Positions 51,702 through 64,000 of a DNA stretch of 64,000 bases are shown piece by piece; the stretch's first letter is position 1; every line of letters starts with the position of its first letter. Below the pieces are notes generated by a model. That model saw only the letters and a list, made by a program, of their open reading frames with translations. It was not told the origin of the DNA and did no database searches. Origin of the DNA: Paragordius varius (Eukaryota; Animalia; Nematomorpha); the NCBI GenBank assembly GCA_964247055.1, contig OZ176051.1:13702001-13766000 (forward strand). Reading direction: 5' to 3'. The translations under genes were made by a program, and so were the position numbers.

Positions 51702-54700
51702 AATAATTTTTTGAATAAATATATTGAATTCTGTGAAAAAAAGAAGGGTTAAACTTGAAATTCAATTATTTTGTCAATACAGGATAAATTTTAAGTTGGT
51801 ATAAAAATTCGTATCTTATGTAAGTAGCAAATTATTGTGATAGGCAAGAAAGGGGAGTGTTCGCACAAAAAGTTTTTTTTTATTTAAGATCGTTGGACAA
51901 AACTTGGAGGTGTGTGTTATTTATATATGCAAAAATATAATTATTATTGTAATTGTCAACTTGTTTGTCGCGTTTTTTTTTTCTTTACTTTTTTACATAG
52001 AATATGATAAATATGTCATGATATTTTTTTACACGTTATAATGCTTAATATAAAAATTGAGGTAAATAGATTGGAATGTAGAAATAGTCCGATTCAAAAA
52101 TTTTGTTATTACTTAAAGTCACAAAAATAAAAAAATGCGTAAATAAAAAATTTATTTCAAATTATATGATAAATTTGTCTAATTAATTATAACTGTTTTT
52201 GTGACTGCTAACCATATTTTAAGCGTTTCAATATACTTAATGTCGTTTAAAACATTTGACATAAAGTATATTGTTTGCTTATTAACTTTTTTACTATTTA
52301 TTTTACTAGTTTAAAGGTAAGCATTTTTTTAACAACACTCATAGGCTTCTTTAACATAATAGCTTCTACAGAAAAGTGACTTATACCATATAAAGGCTAG
52401 GTGTATCACAGAGACACATACTCTACAATTTTAACATAGAAAAAAAAGCAGAGGTCGACACCTAATGTGATCTAACCGAATATCTAATTTAATATGTTTA
52501 GATATAAAAATAATTTCGTTTTCTATTACGGATAGTGTGGCATTTTTGGATTGGAAACGGTGATAAAGTGTGTATTATATTTTCTTTTGATCCTAAAATG
52601 GTACATAATTGTTCATAGCTGAAAACATATCAAGGTAATTCATTTCCAAAAAATTCAAAATTGATTACAAATATTTTTCCTGTTTAAAATATCAAAGCTT
52701 AATTTTTTAATATGAAAAGTCTAGGCGACATTTTGGAATCAGTTTAATTAATTGACTTTTCTTACCTTGTTAAAATTATTTTTATTGGAAAACACTTAAA
52801 GAATTCAATTTCACTTAAGAACTGCAAGGTAAAACAGTTGTTATAATCTATTTTTCAATATGATACTGTTTTAAATAAATTTTTAACCATTGATAAGGGC
52901 ATTTATATAAAAACTGTAAAAATAAAAATGGTTATTCAATGTAAACACTGCGTATTAATAAATAGTTAAAAATATATCGATATCCTAAAATTAAATTTCG
53001 TTGAAAACCGTAGATAACCGGTATAGATCGCCCCCTACAAAATACGCGTAAATCGATATCATTCATCTACAAATTTCTTACTAATAATGTCCTATTTGTT
53101 TTTATAGCTTAGATTTTATCTAAATTATTATTAGACGACAAACATATTCAATATTAGTACAACGAAAAGAACTGGATGACACTTGAAAAAATTGTATCTT
53201 CTAAGATATTTATTTTGTACACTTTTGTAGATGTAATTTGCGCATAACATTATGCTTGAAATGCTTTTTAAAGCATCTGTCATCCAATAAAATAGATGGA
53301 TTAGATCCGAAACTTATACTTAGATTTCTCTCTTTTGAAACAGTGTTGAATTGCTTAGACAGGAAAAATTATCTTTTGTAGAATGCTTTGATTTTTATTT
53401 TATTTTTACAAATATACATAGATTAGCCACAATATTAATCTTATTAATCTAACATTATCCGACGAAAATGGACGTCAAAAGATTATTGGGGTTATTTTCC
53501 ATTTAATAGCTATATTCAGGGATAAATATCAAAATAATAAATGCGGTAAAGTAATTTTAATTTTACTGTATTACCCATAAGATTCCATTTTCAGCTTGAA
53601 ATTTGAGAAATTAATTATAAAATCTCACTTTACCGCCTTTTTGGATAATTTGAGATTATGCGATAAAAGATTTAACCATATATTATTATATATTAAGTAT
53701 AAATAATTTATCGCGTGGAAAATTTTTATAATTTTTTGCAAAGGTAGCGTATAATTCAACCAAAATGACGCTTAAATAATTTTATGCATAAAACTCCCTA
53801 AATCATTAAACAGAGTCATGAATCGTAAAATATTTAAGCGATAAATATTTGAATTTTAGCTAAATTCGCTATTTCCACATTGGCGCAATTTTTTTATATA
53901 ATGCCTATATCATATTTTAAACTAATATTGTATATATCATTTTCTACACTACATATTTTCATTCAAACGCAACTTTATTCACTTAAAAATTTTTCGATTT
54001 ATATTATTCAAAGGCATTTCCATTTTCAAGAGCAACATTTGTTCCAGCAAAATTTTAATTTTTATTTTGTTTTTGGAACCTCTTGGTGTTAGATACGTAT
54101 ATGTTAATAGGCTACAATATCTGTTAGTATTATTTATCATTGATCTATCGCCTTTGTTGTATTTTTCCAAAAACTTGAACAGTTTAATTTAACAAAATTA
54201 AATAATCTTGATTAAATAATAGATAATTACCATAAAATCAGGTATTATAAAATATTCTTAAGGTCTGACTGCATTTTCCATAATTTAATAATTTTTTGAA
54301 CATACAAATGATATATGATTCTTCCATATATGATATAACAAAAATTGCATTCGAGCAAAATATTCATTAGATGTTGCATAAAAAACTATTTAAATGATAT
54401 GTTAAATTTGAAATAAATGTTATTTAGATGTTAAAATCTAGAAGGGCCAAAATATTTTTCATCTTAATGGCCGGGTATTATATAATGCCGAGCCCACAAA
54501 TATTGCACCTCTACTTGACACAGAGATATATACTCTAATTAAGTATCTAAAAATTAAATCAAAATTCTTGGCCATAAAAACCACTTTTAGTACTGTTCTT
54601 CCACTTTTGATTAGAGTTATATTAAAACTATAATTTTCGATTATCTTAATTTACGTCCAAAATGCGATATTATGTATTACTTAAAAAATTTAAATTTTCC

Positions 54701-54826
54701 GTATTATTTTCCATTTAAGATTTTGATATTTATTATAAAATTGGTTAAGAAGTTTTACGATTACAATGTGTCCAAAAATTATTCAAAAAAATTATTAACT
54801 AAAATTTTTTGATAACATACCTTATA

Positions 54827-55810
54827 ACCAGCGAATTCATTTGCCACAAAAATTTTTAATTGTTAACGGCTTATTTTTTAAATATTGAGAGAAAATAGAG
54901 TTAAAACAGATAATAAGGATCTATAATAAAGAAAAAACTTGAGATATCAGATATTTAAAATTTATAAATAACCTAAAATCTTATAGTTAGGGTTTTTATT
55001 AAAAACTCAGATCAAAATATGTGGTCTTCATATAACATACATAAACAAAATTTTTTATGAAACTATAAGAATTTTTTATCATTTGCTACCTAAACTCACT
55101 ATTAAATCTTAACAATATTTTAGACATTAAAAAACTTATATTAAAAAATTTTGTTTATTATTTTTTCATGTCATCTGTTTATGATAATTAATTTACTGTT
55201 TTATTTTGGACATGAGCGAAAATTTTAAATATTTAATTACAAAATAGGATTTACAAGTAGTGGAATATCAACCAACAAACTTTACAGATAAATAAAAATA
55301 TTAATTTGTTTTAAAAAAAATACTTACTGGGATTTGTACGGGGTTAATATTCCCATGCTTTTAAATCCTATTTTATATAAGTTATTTATTTGTAATTTCC
55401 GCTCACGTAAGATCGCAAAATAAAACAGTTTTATATTATACACTCATAAAACAGATGGCCAAAAACTGAAAAAACAACAATTTTATTATAATATATAGTT
55501 ATTTCTACTATATATTAGACTATAGTGATTTTAGCTAGTATATAGTTAAAAAAAATTTAATATAGTTTATAAAATATGTATATTAAATATGTTAAAGGAA
55601 AAAAAGATTTTTGGTCTGATTTACAAAAAACAAAATTATATGAATTTAAAATATTTCCGATAAAATAAAAATAAATCCCAAATTTCAAGTTTTATTATTA
55701 TTCTGTTAATTATCCTTAATTTTTGCTTTTGCCCAATTTTGATTCTCTCAATATTTCAAAAACTAGTTCGTTAACAAATAAAAATTTTTGCGGCAAATGA
55801 ATTCGCTGGT
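54827..55810. mobile_element. ~1-kb foldback/palindromic element (family A)
   Basis: Ends accagcgaattcatttgccacaaaaattttta / taaaaatttttgcggcaaatgaattcgctggt; inverted arms extend inward about 440 bp to a ~70-bp loop near 55300. Confidence 0.75.
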
Positions 55811-57479
55811 AGGCTATCTCATAAGAAAAAAATTATTAAAAAAACTGACCCTCTCACACACAATATATATGTGTAATAGATTATATCCAAAAAATATTAT
55901 TGAAAAAATGCATACTTTGTTAAAAATTCAATTTTTAGCATAAACCGCATTTTATAGTATTTTGGAGTATTATGGAAATTGTATAAAAACACATTCTGCC
56001 ATTATGAAAATGGTATACTATTTTCGATCCCGCTAAAAATATTTATCACCTCGAAATTTTAATTCAATGTTCGTATTCAAATTTAATTAGTTCTGTAAAA
56101 AACACACTCAAAATCAAATATTTCGATGATGAACAAATGTTTTAATCAATATTTTAAAGTGATAATAATTACTACCATCGAATATAATAAAGTTTATAAG
56201 CCTTTTTCATGCTTCAAAATACGAACTATGCTTCAATAATTCTTCCACAACTTAAATTTTGAAGCAAAGTATGCTTTTTTGAAAAAAACTTTTTTTTATG
56301 TCATAAAAATTTAAATATCGCGCAAATTCGGATTTTTTTAAAAAACTAGCCCATTTTAGAGGGGTCCAGAAATATTAAAAATCTAAATAAATTTTTAAGT
56401 ATTTATGATAATTTAATGACATTTAATGAAGCAATTCTCTTTCAACAACAAAATATATTTAATATTATTGCGCTAATTTTGTTTTTCGATATGGACTAAT
56501 TACCACAATAGTGAAAATCGCTTTCTTAATTCACTACGAGCAAAAAGCACCATAAGAAATCCTGAGAAAGATATCTATCAGACTATAATATTTCATTAGG
56601 AAATTTTTTTACCCCACAATTCTATCAAGGTATAGCATAAGCGCAAATTCTTTGAATAAGAATTTAATACTTTAAACCGTTTCGCCAAATTTGCTATGAG
56701 CTAAATATTTTAAGTTCTATTTTAAATATCATATATTTGCTACATATATAAAGTTAATATATCGCATTATTTAATTTAATTCTTTTATAAATAAGATATT
56801 TGTTGATATTTACACCAACGGAATAGCCTTTATTTAAAAAACATATGAAACAAATACTTAACACTTTTCTTATCCAATCGATATTGGATTAGTGATTACG
56901 CCCCAAATGTCCCCTTAATATTTATTGACAATTTAACAATTCTGATAAAACGGAGATTTTGGATAGAATTGCATATATATAGTATATGAGATTTTATAAA
57001 AATTATAGGTTTTTTCTGCTTTTGAAAATTATTAAAAACTGAAATCTTATTCAAATATGATGTAATGGTTAACTATATAAATATAATAGTTAAAATTAAA
57101 ATTTTTATGCCTTAAATTTGACGCCAAAATGCGATATTTTAGCATTAATTCCTATAAGTCTTTCTCCAACACTGGAAAAAACTTTTTCAATAACATTTAG
57201 GTTCATCTTTATAGTCAATATTAACTTATAACATATGTTGACGCGTTTTGCCTATTGTATTTAATTTTAACTGATCTAGTGTGCCATAAGGCGTTTCTTT
57301 GATCTTGGTTAATGTAACAAAACAAAAACTTCTTTATAATAATTTTCGTCATATTGCTTTTCTAATTTAAAGCGAAAGCGCTGTTGAAAGTCAACGTTTC
57401 GTGGTAGAAGCATATGGTGAATATTTTTTATCGATTATAAGGTGTGTAATTTCGAAAATCAAAAATATTTTATTTTGAA

Positions 57480-58350
57480 AAAGATCGGGTTCTGTAGACC
57501 ACAACTGAGTAGACAAATTGCAAGAGTTGTTTGATGATCTAATAACTCAGCATACAATTGTCAAAAGCATATTATATGTTTCATAAAAAACAATTAGTAG
57601 ACGTCTATGAGCAATGAAACGACAAAGACCAATAAACTCAAATGGATTTAACACAATTTGAATTAAGTTTAAAAATTGCAAAGTGACTTGATAAACCAGC
57701 ACGTCATCAAAATAAATAATGTGTGCATCGAATCGACGGTTAATGAAGTGGCCTCATTTGTAAATCTAAGGCTATAAAATCGTTGCTTTCACCCAGCTAT
57801 GCCGGTCTATCAATGTAAAATCGCTTCGGCAATAAAACCATTCTCTGTACCTGGTGGGAGCAGTATTGTGTATTCTGAATATTGGAGCCGGTAAAACGTT
57901 TTTCACACCGCTAACAATAAGGAATGACAAATACACATCATGAACTGAAACAACCAGCTGGATCAGAAGGGCGGTATGCTGTGAAGGGGATTGGGGAGTC
58001 TTGTGCAGACTGAAACTCTCAAGTTAGATTGATCTTGTTTCACCCCTGATACTGATACTGAGAATGATTTTCCTATATAAAAGCATCCGTATCACACAAC
58101 ATAACCTGTGAAAGAGACATTAAATTCGCCTCAATGGGAAATTCACATATGCCGTATACTGATTTGGCGCCATCTGGTTTTTATTAATTCGCATCCATGC
58201 CATTTGAACTATTACCGATTGGCATAGATGGGGCTCAGCTCCCAGAGCAACACTTCAATTATTTTGTGGAGATTTGGAAAATGGCTTGAAAATGATTTCC
58301 GAGAGAGAATCAGTTTTTCTGGCATTTCATTCATTATCTGGGTGGTGTGA
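57480..58350 (-). mobile_element. Probable heavily decayed LTR (Gypsy-like) pol relic
   Basis: Local GC is higher than the flanks. The minus strand gives IIYFDDVLVY (YxDD-like, about 57695-57720), a degenerate P.GLTN..ATF-like segment just upstream, and VMLCDTDA (DTGA-like, about 58095). No LTRs found. Confidence 0.45.
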
Positions 58351-58687
58351 ATGTATAACTAGTTTTTTATTTAAATAATTAATGGATTTCCCTTCATAAT
58401 TATTTGTTTTATAGCGAAATCGGCTAAAACTTATGACTAACTATATAGCCATTATTGTGGAGTAATCAATAATGTCAATATTGCCGAATTATGATTAGTT
58501 GTATTATGTTTATTTGTGTTATTTTCACTAGGTATATACCTAAGGTGACCAGATTTTTTGAAGGAAAAAGCGGGACAAATCTGAGGGGGGGGGTCATTGG
58601 GGGGTACAACCAAAAATTTTTATACAAAAAATTTATTGTAATATTTATTTATTTTTAACACAAATAGATTATAAATATAAAAAAATT

Positions 58688-59492
58688 TGTACCTCACCGG
58701 TTGTTTGTACCTTATTAAATAAATTTACATGTGCACGAACAAAGGGTGAAGTGATTGTAATATTCTAGAAAAAAATAATAAAGACGAAATCATCACAAAG
58801 TGCGCTGGGTCATGCAAGAAGCGGCACAAAAAATATTTTTAACAATTTAGCGAATAATCTTAATCAAAACATTATTGGCAGATACACAACGCTATTCAAA
58901 CAGCTACTGATTTGTTACCCCTGGATGTGGAAAATATAGATGTTAAAATGCTTGGATATTGCAGAACTGTTGGTTAACTCTTTTGCCAGCAATTGAAATA
59001 TTTATAAAAATGTGATCTCCTAGATTCCTAATTTTTATCACAGGACAAAGGTCAAAATTAGAAAATAATTTTATACCATTACTTAATCGCAATATCATAA
59101 AGCATCCAGAAAAACAAGGCTCAATGAATAGCCAGAATATAAAAATGTTTTATACAAACAGAAACGATTATTTGGAAGACAAAACGGTGCACAATGACAC
59201 TTTTTAATGAAGTCTCATTATTAAATAAATATATTGAATGAAAGCTTATATTATAAACAACAGAAAAAAATACGTAGGATAGGTTAAAATAATCATTTTT
59301 AAAAAATTATGTTCCATACAATAATATTTTAATTGTAGAATTTGCATTATCTTTACCTGAACCACTGCTATTGAACGCGTTTTTCCACAGTAAATTAAGT
59401 TAGGACACGGAATCAAATTTAACTGTTGAATAAAAGCCATTTTATGTGTTCAAATATAATTTGACAAATTATGAAGACTTATACAATATTTT
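58688..59492 (+). repeat. Inverted, internally deleted copy of the same hAT transposase gene
   Basis: Plus-strand blocks match the minus-strand transposase in colinear order, for example gataatcttaatcaaaacattattggc, atacacaacgctattcaaacagct, aaaatgttttatacaaac, tcaaatataatttgacaaatt. The copy mirrors roughly 61075 down to 59590. Confidence 0.92.
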
Positions 59493-59531
59493 AGGTAATT
59501 ATGTTTTTTATTACAAAAACTTTAAAGAAAT

Positions 59532-61398
59532 TTATTCTTTGGTATATTTTTGGTTTGAGTGAATGCGTTTTAGCAGATTGTCATCATTTTTTAAAATATT
59601 GTAGAAGTCTTCACAAGAATTTGTCAAATTATATTTGACAGATAAAACGGCCTTCAAAGTTTCAACATTAAAATTTGATTTTTCCGATGTCCACACCTGA
59701 TTTACTGTGGAAAAAACGCGCTCAGTAGCAGCGTTGGTTCCAGGTAAAGATAGTGCGAATTCCACAATTTTTAAAATATTATTGTATGTAATATAGTTGG
59801 CTTCAAAATGATGAAATATTTCCAACCATTTCTTTTCTACTATATATTTTTTTGGCCATAATTTAAGTTTTTCATTATTACTATATTTTTAACTAATGAT
59901 ACTTCAGAAAAAAGATCATTTTCTGAAAGATCAATTTTTGAAAATTTTTGGGAGCAGATATAATCTTATGATTTTTGAACATCGCACCAATTAAATTCTG
60001 ATTTTAATGTTATTTAATGAAAATGATCAATTTCATTGAATTGCGTCGTCCAGTCTTCCAAATAATCTTTACAGTTTGTATAAAACATTTTTATATGGTA
60101 CAGGATATCTTGGTGATTTATTAAGCCTTGTTTTTCTAAATTATTTATTGTATTGCGGATGGTTAATGGAATAAATCTATTTTCTAACCGTTCTTGACAT
60201 TGGAATTTCAGGTTACTAACTTAATTGGCTACTTCGACTGCCGAAATTTTGTCACCTTCAATAAATTTAATAACATTTTGAAAGAGAGAAGCTTGATTAT
60301 GTAAGAATTCTAACCATATTTTTGAAGAATCACTTTCAAAAAATTTTTTTAAAGTTGTAGGACATTTGTCCTGTGATAAAAAAAATTTTAAAGGATCATA
60401 CATTTTTAAAATTCTTTCGATAGATGGCATAAAAGCTAACCAACGAGTTTTACTATATCCAAGCATTTTTTGATATTGCACTTCTGCATTTTCACAGAAT
60501 TCTTTAAGCGTTTCAACACGTACCGTGTATATATAAAAATGGGAATATATTTTAACAACTACATTTTCCACATCTAAGGGTAACAAATCTGCAGCTGTTT
60601 GAATAGCGTTGTGTATTATATGCGCTGCACACCCTACGCCAATAATGTTTTGATTAAGATTATCTGTTGATTTATGAAAAATATTTTTTGTTCCCCTCCT
60701 TGCTTTTCCACCAAAGTTCGTATTGGTGTTGTCACCGCAATATGCGATAATTTTGTCTTTTAAATTATTTTTTTCTAGAATATGCATTATTGAAGTAAAA
60801 TTTCAGAATTTTCACCGGGTAGGGAAATTGAATCTAAAATTTTAATTTTTACTCCGGTTTCTGAATCAAAATATCTTATCAAAGTAGGAAATAATTTTGT
60901 TTCATGGTGATTTGAAGCATCAGAGTATAGGGAAAAGAAATTAATTTTTAGCAAATCTTTTTGTATTTCAGAAAAAGCATGTGGCGAAAAAACCTTGCAT
61001 ACAATGGCTTCAGCCTTTGTACGGGCACATGTAAATTTTTTATTGAATAACGTGCGAATAACCTGTGAGGTACAATCCATTGAACGAAATGAATGGCAAT
61101 GATTTAAGGCGTGAAAGGAAAACAGGCCCTCAGCAAGTGCTAAATTCTTTTCTTCCTCTCCAAAAGCGGTTTTTCGAAAAAAATCGCTCATCTTGTGAGA
61201 TGATGCCGTTATAATTAAACATTTTTGATGTTTCTGTGTATCAATATGCTTTGTAATGTCATGTTTGCTGCCATGTGCCAGGGTGAATTCCCCATCGCAT
61301 ATAAGACATTTAACAGACGATTCATTCTTCGTTTTTTTAATGAAAAGAAAATCTTTCATTAATTCATCATTGAATTTACAGCCTCTTTTTGTGTTCAT
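59532..61398 (-). pseudogene. hAT transposase pseudogene
   Basis: ORF pieces 61398-60787 (BED-like CLIC..H..H; SLYSDAS), 60787-60221 (YCGDNTN; GCAAHIIHN CxxH; TRWL) and 59825-59532 (LSLPGTNAATERVFS dimerisation motif). Broken by a frameshift at about 60787 and in-frame stops near 60220 and 60020. Confidence 0.92.
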
Positions 61399-61403
61399 AT
61401 TTA

Positions 61404-61640
61404 TAAACTAAATATTAGTATAATAAATGTTATATTACCTTAATTTCTGGAAAAAGCGTGTAAGGTATCGATTTGTAGTATCAATTTGTCTTTTAAGCTA
61501 CCGATTTGTAGTATTAATTTAAATTTTTTATAATGTTGGCAAGTATTATAACTAAATATTAGTATAATAAATGTTATATTACCTTAATTTTCTGGAAAAA
61601 GCGTGTAAGATATCGATTTATGGTATCAATTTGTCTTTTG
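61404..61640. repeat. Tandem duplication (two ~90-bp blocks, ~145-bp period) immediately upstream of the transposase ATG
   Basis: actaaatattagtataataaatgttatattaccttaatttctggaaaaagcgtgtaag(g/a)tatcgattt..gtatcaatttgtctttt occurs twice. Confidence 0.9.
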
Positions 61641-64000
61641 ATCTAGTATAACTTGGCTTTTTGATATTAATGACAGTAGTAGCAGGAAGGAAAGTGTATA
61701 ATCATATAATATAAATTGGAAAAAAATAAATATTTTTAATTTAAGAATAAAAAATTTTAATTTAAAATAAAATAAATTTATTTGTATTAAAAAAAAAATT
61801 ATTTGTATTAAAAAAAATTTTTTTTTATATAATCATGAAAAAGCGGGACATCTTATAAACGTAGCGGGAGGCGGGACAAAGTGTGAAAAAGCGGGACTGT
61901 CCCGCCAAAAGCGGGACGTCTGGTCACCTTATATATACCTATATCATTGAATTATATGGATATACATATGTGTTGGTAAATTTTAAATATATATTTTAAT
62001 ATGGCGAGAAATTTTTTATTCAGTTTGAAAATCACCCATTTTTTTAAAACTTAGCACACATTTTATATTTGAGTATTTTGTTAAAACAAAAAGCTTAAGC
62101 CAAAATATGTTACGTTTACAGATATAGTATAAACAAAGGACTCCCATATGGCGTTGTACTTTTGTATAGAAGATGTTATATTCAGAGAAATGCACCCAAT
62201 ATTGAAATAGTGAGACCCAAATAAGTCCAAACAAAAAAGTTATTGTATTCGTTGAATTGATTATTACGTATGAAAAAATCTAAAAAGTACAATTGATATG
62301 ATTTTTACTCATTTAAAAAGTTTTTTGCGACTACAATCAGTTATATCAAATTTTTAAACGAGCTGATGTTTTGGCAGCTTGACATCAGCATTCACAACCC
62401 TAGCTTGTTTTTATAAACATTGGTTGAATTTTAAAATAAACATTAAGCTTTTAATTTATGTAACAATAAAAAAAATAAAAAATGGTATTTTTTTCAAATA
62501 ATATTAATGTTTATGATGATGTTTGGCTTACGTGATAATTTTTTTATGTCGCCTTTCTTGGAAAAAGATAATTTGTTTTGCGTCAAATGTCAAATTTTGT
62601 AACAACATTATAGAAGTGTACAAATAATTGTTATTATTATTTATACAAAATTATAATGGTAATTCATAGAAAAGGCAGCGTTTAAGATGACGTTAAATTT
62701 TATTAAATAATTTAATTGTGTATGGCAGGATGCCTCTCTATGACCTCACCAGAAAAGACATGGTATAAATTGTTTTACGATATTATTAAATATTGTTTAC
62801 TTTATGGGTAAATAATAATATAATGTACGTGGTACTTTCATGACACATATAATTTTAGAACTTTGTCATATGGAAAATAATGTGTGATAGTTAGGGGTGA
62901 GTCTGATTATAAATGTTTTATGACCGTGATTTCAAAAAACGTATCAATTCTGTAGTTATTGTTATATTTATATGATTGGCGTCATGGATTCCTGCATTTT
63001 TAAGCGGGAGAGAAGAAAGTTTGCCATTTTATGGTAATGTTTAATATCAGAAAATGAAAAATACACACAATTTACCATTTTGGTAAAATCTATATGCTTC
63101 CTTCCAAAAAATATAACATTAAAACATCCAAAACTATATATAAAAAGCAAACTTAAGATTGAATTTGATTTAATGTCGGTCTCAAAAATTAGTTAAAACA
63201 GCTGAGATTGGGTGATATTTAAATTATATAACAATTTTATTTTTCAAAAAATGCATTTTGCCTAGAAATTTTTACAAAATTTTGTTAAAAGGTATTTTGG
63301 TGAAACTAGATGGAAACTCAATAAAATAGTTAGTTCCAATAACGCTTATTACATATGTTCGATAATGTTTTTCTATTATCTCGGAATATTACAGTCCTAA
63401 ACTTACATTAAATATAAATTGTTCTTGAATAAAAGATCTACCTTGATTGAACACATCTTTTCACCTGAATGAGGTGACGAAAATTTTCACATGACCAGCA
63501 ATGTAAAGAATTTTATTAATATCTTTACCCTTTCCATGTTTTAAACGCATAACCATAAATAAAAATTTAATAAAAATTATTTTTTCGTGGTTATTTAATC
63601 AATTTATTATACGGGACACCACATCTAAAATATAATAAAAATCTTATGTTAGATGTTATATAAACATTTACACATGTTATATTTTTTGGAAGGAAGCATT
63701 TAATTTTCTCAAAAATTATATATTTAGAGCAAATTTCGCAATTTTTGATATGGAACTATTGTCCTGATGCCATTTTTATCGGAATGCCTTCAGATTTTCT
63801 GCAGTGGGGGTGTATTGAGACAAATTACATGCCAATAATTTAAATTATTTAGGTGTAATGTGAAAAAAATTTTAATAATACTCATCTAAATTAAAATAAA
63901 TTTCAACATTTGTTTTTTTAGGATATAGCAGAGAGAGAATTCGTAGCATCCGATGTAATGTTTAGTGCTGTTTCTGGGGTATCAATACACCGTCGCAGCG

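Larger units (their letters stand above)
58541..61931 (-). mobile_element. hAT DNA transposon (Blackjack-like TIR), 3391 bp, disabled transposase
   Basis: TIRs TAAGGTGACCAGA...TCTGGTCACCTTA; perfect 8-bp TSD TATATACC (58533-58540 and 61932-61939); clustered subterminal GCGGGAC motifs at 58570 and 61843-61918. Confidence 0.95.

Overview
Very AT-rich animal (invertebrate-type) genomic DNA with spliceosomal introns; no prokaryotic genes, rRNA, tRNA or CRISPR arrays were found. Two multi-exon genes were reconstructed by hand, both on the minus strand. The first is a type II diacylglycerol kinase (DGK eta/delta-like; PH, C1a, C1b and DAGKc recognisable) with about 20 exons from 26193 down to 997, running off the left edge before the DAGKa domain. 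The second is an SLC28/CNT concentrative nucleoside transporter (51701 to about 44668). The large introns and intergenic DNA are packed with transposons: a non-autonomous Helitron family (A|TC...CTAG|T) with modular internal tandem arrays, two decayed Charlie/GTF2IRD2-like hAT copies, several hAT MITEs with 8-bp TSDs, a Tc1/mariner MITE, ~1-kb foldback elements, a decayed RTE LINE and a probable Gypsy relic. The standout is a 3.4-kb Blackjack-like hAT with perfect TSDs that carries, downstream of its transposase stop codon, an inverted, multiply deleted copy of its own transposase gene. This is a built-in fold-back resembling maize Mu killer. All alignments were made by eye; identity values are estimates.
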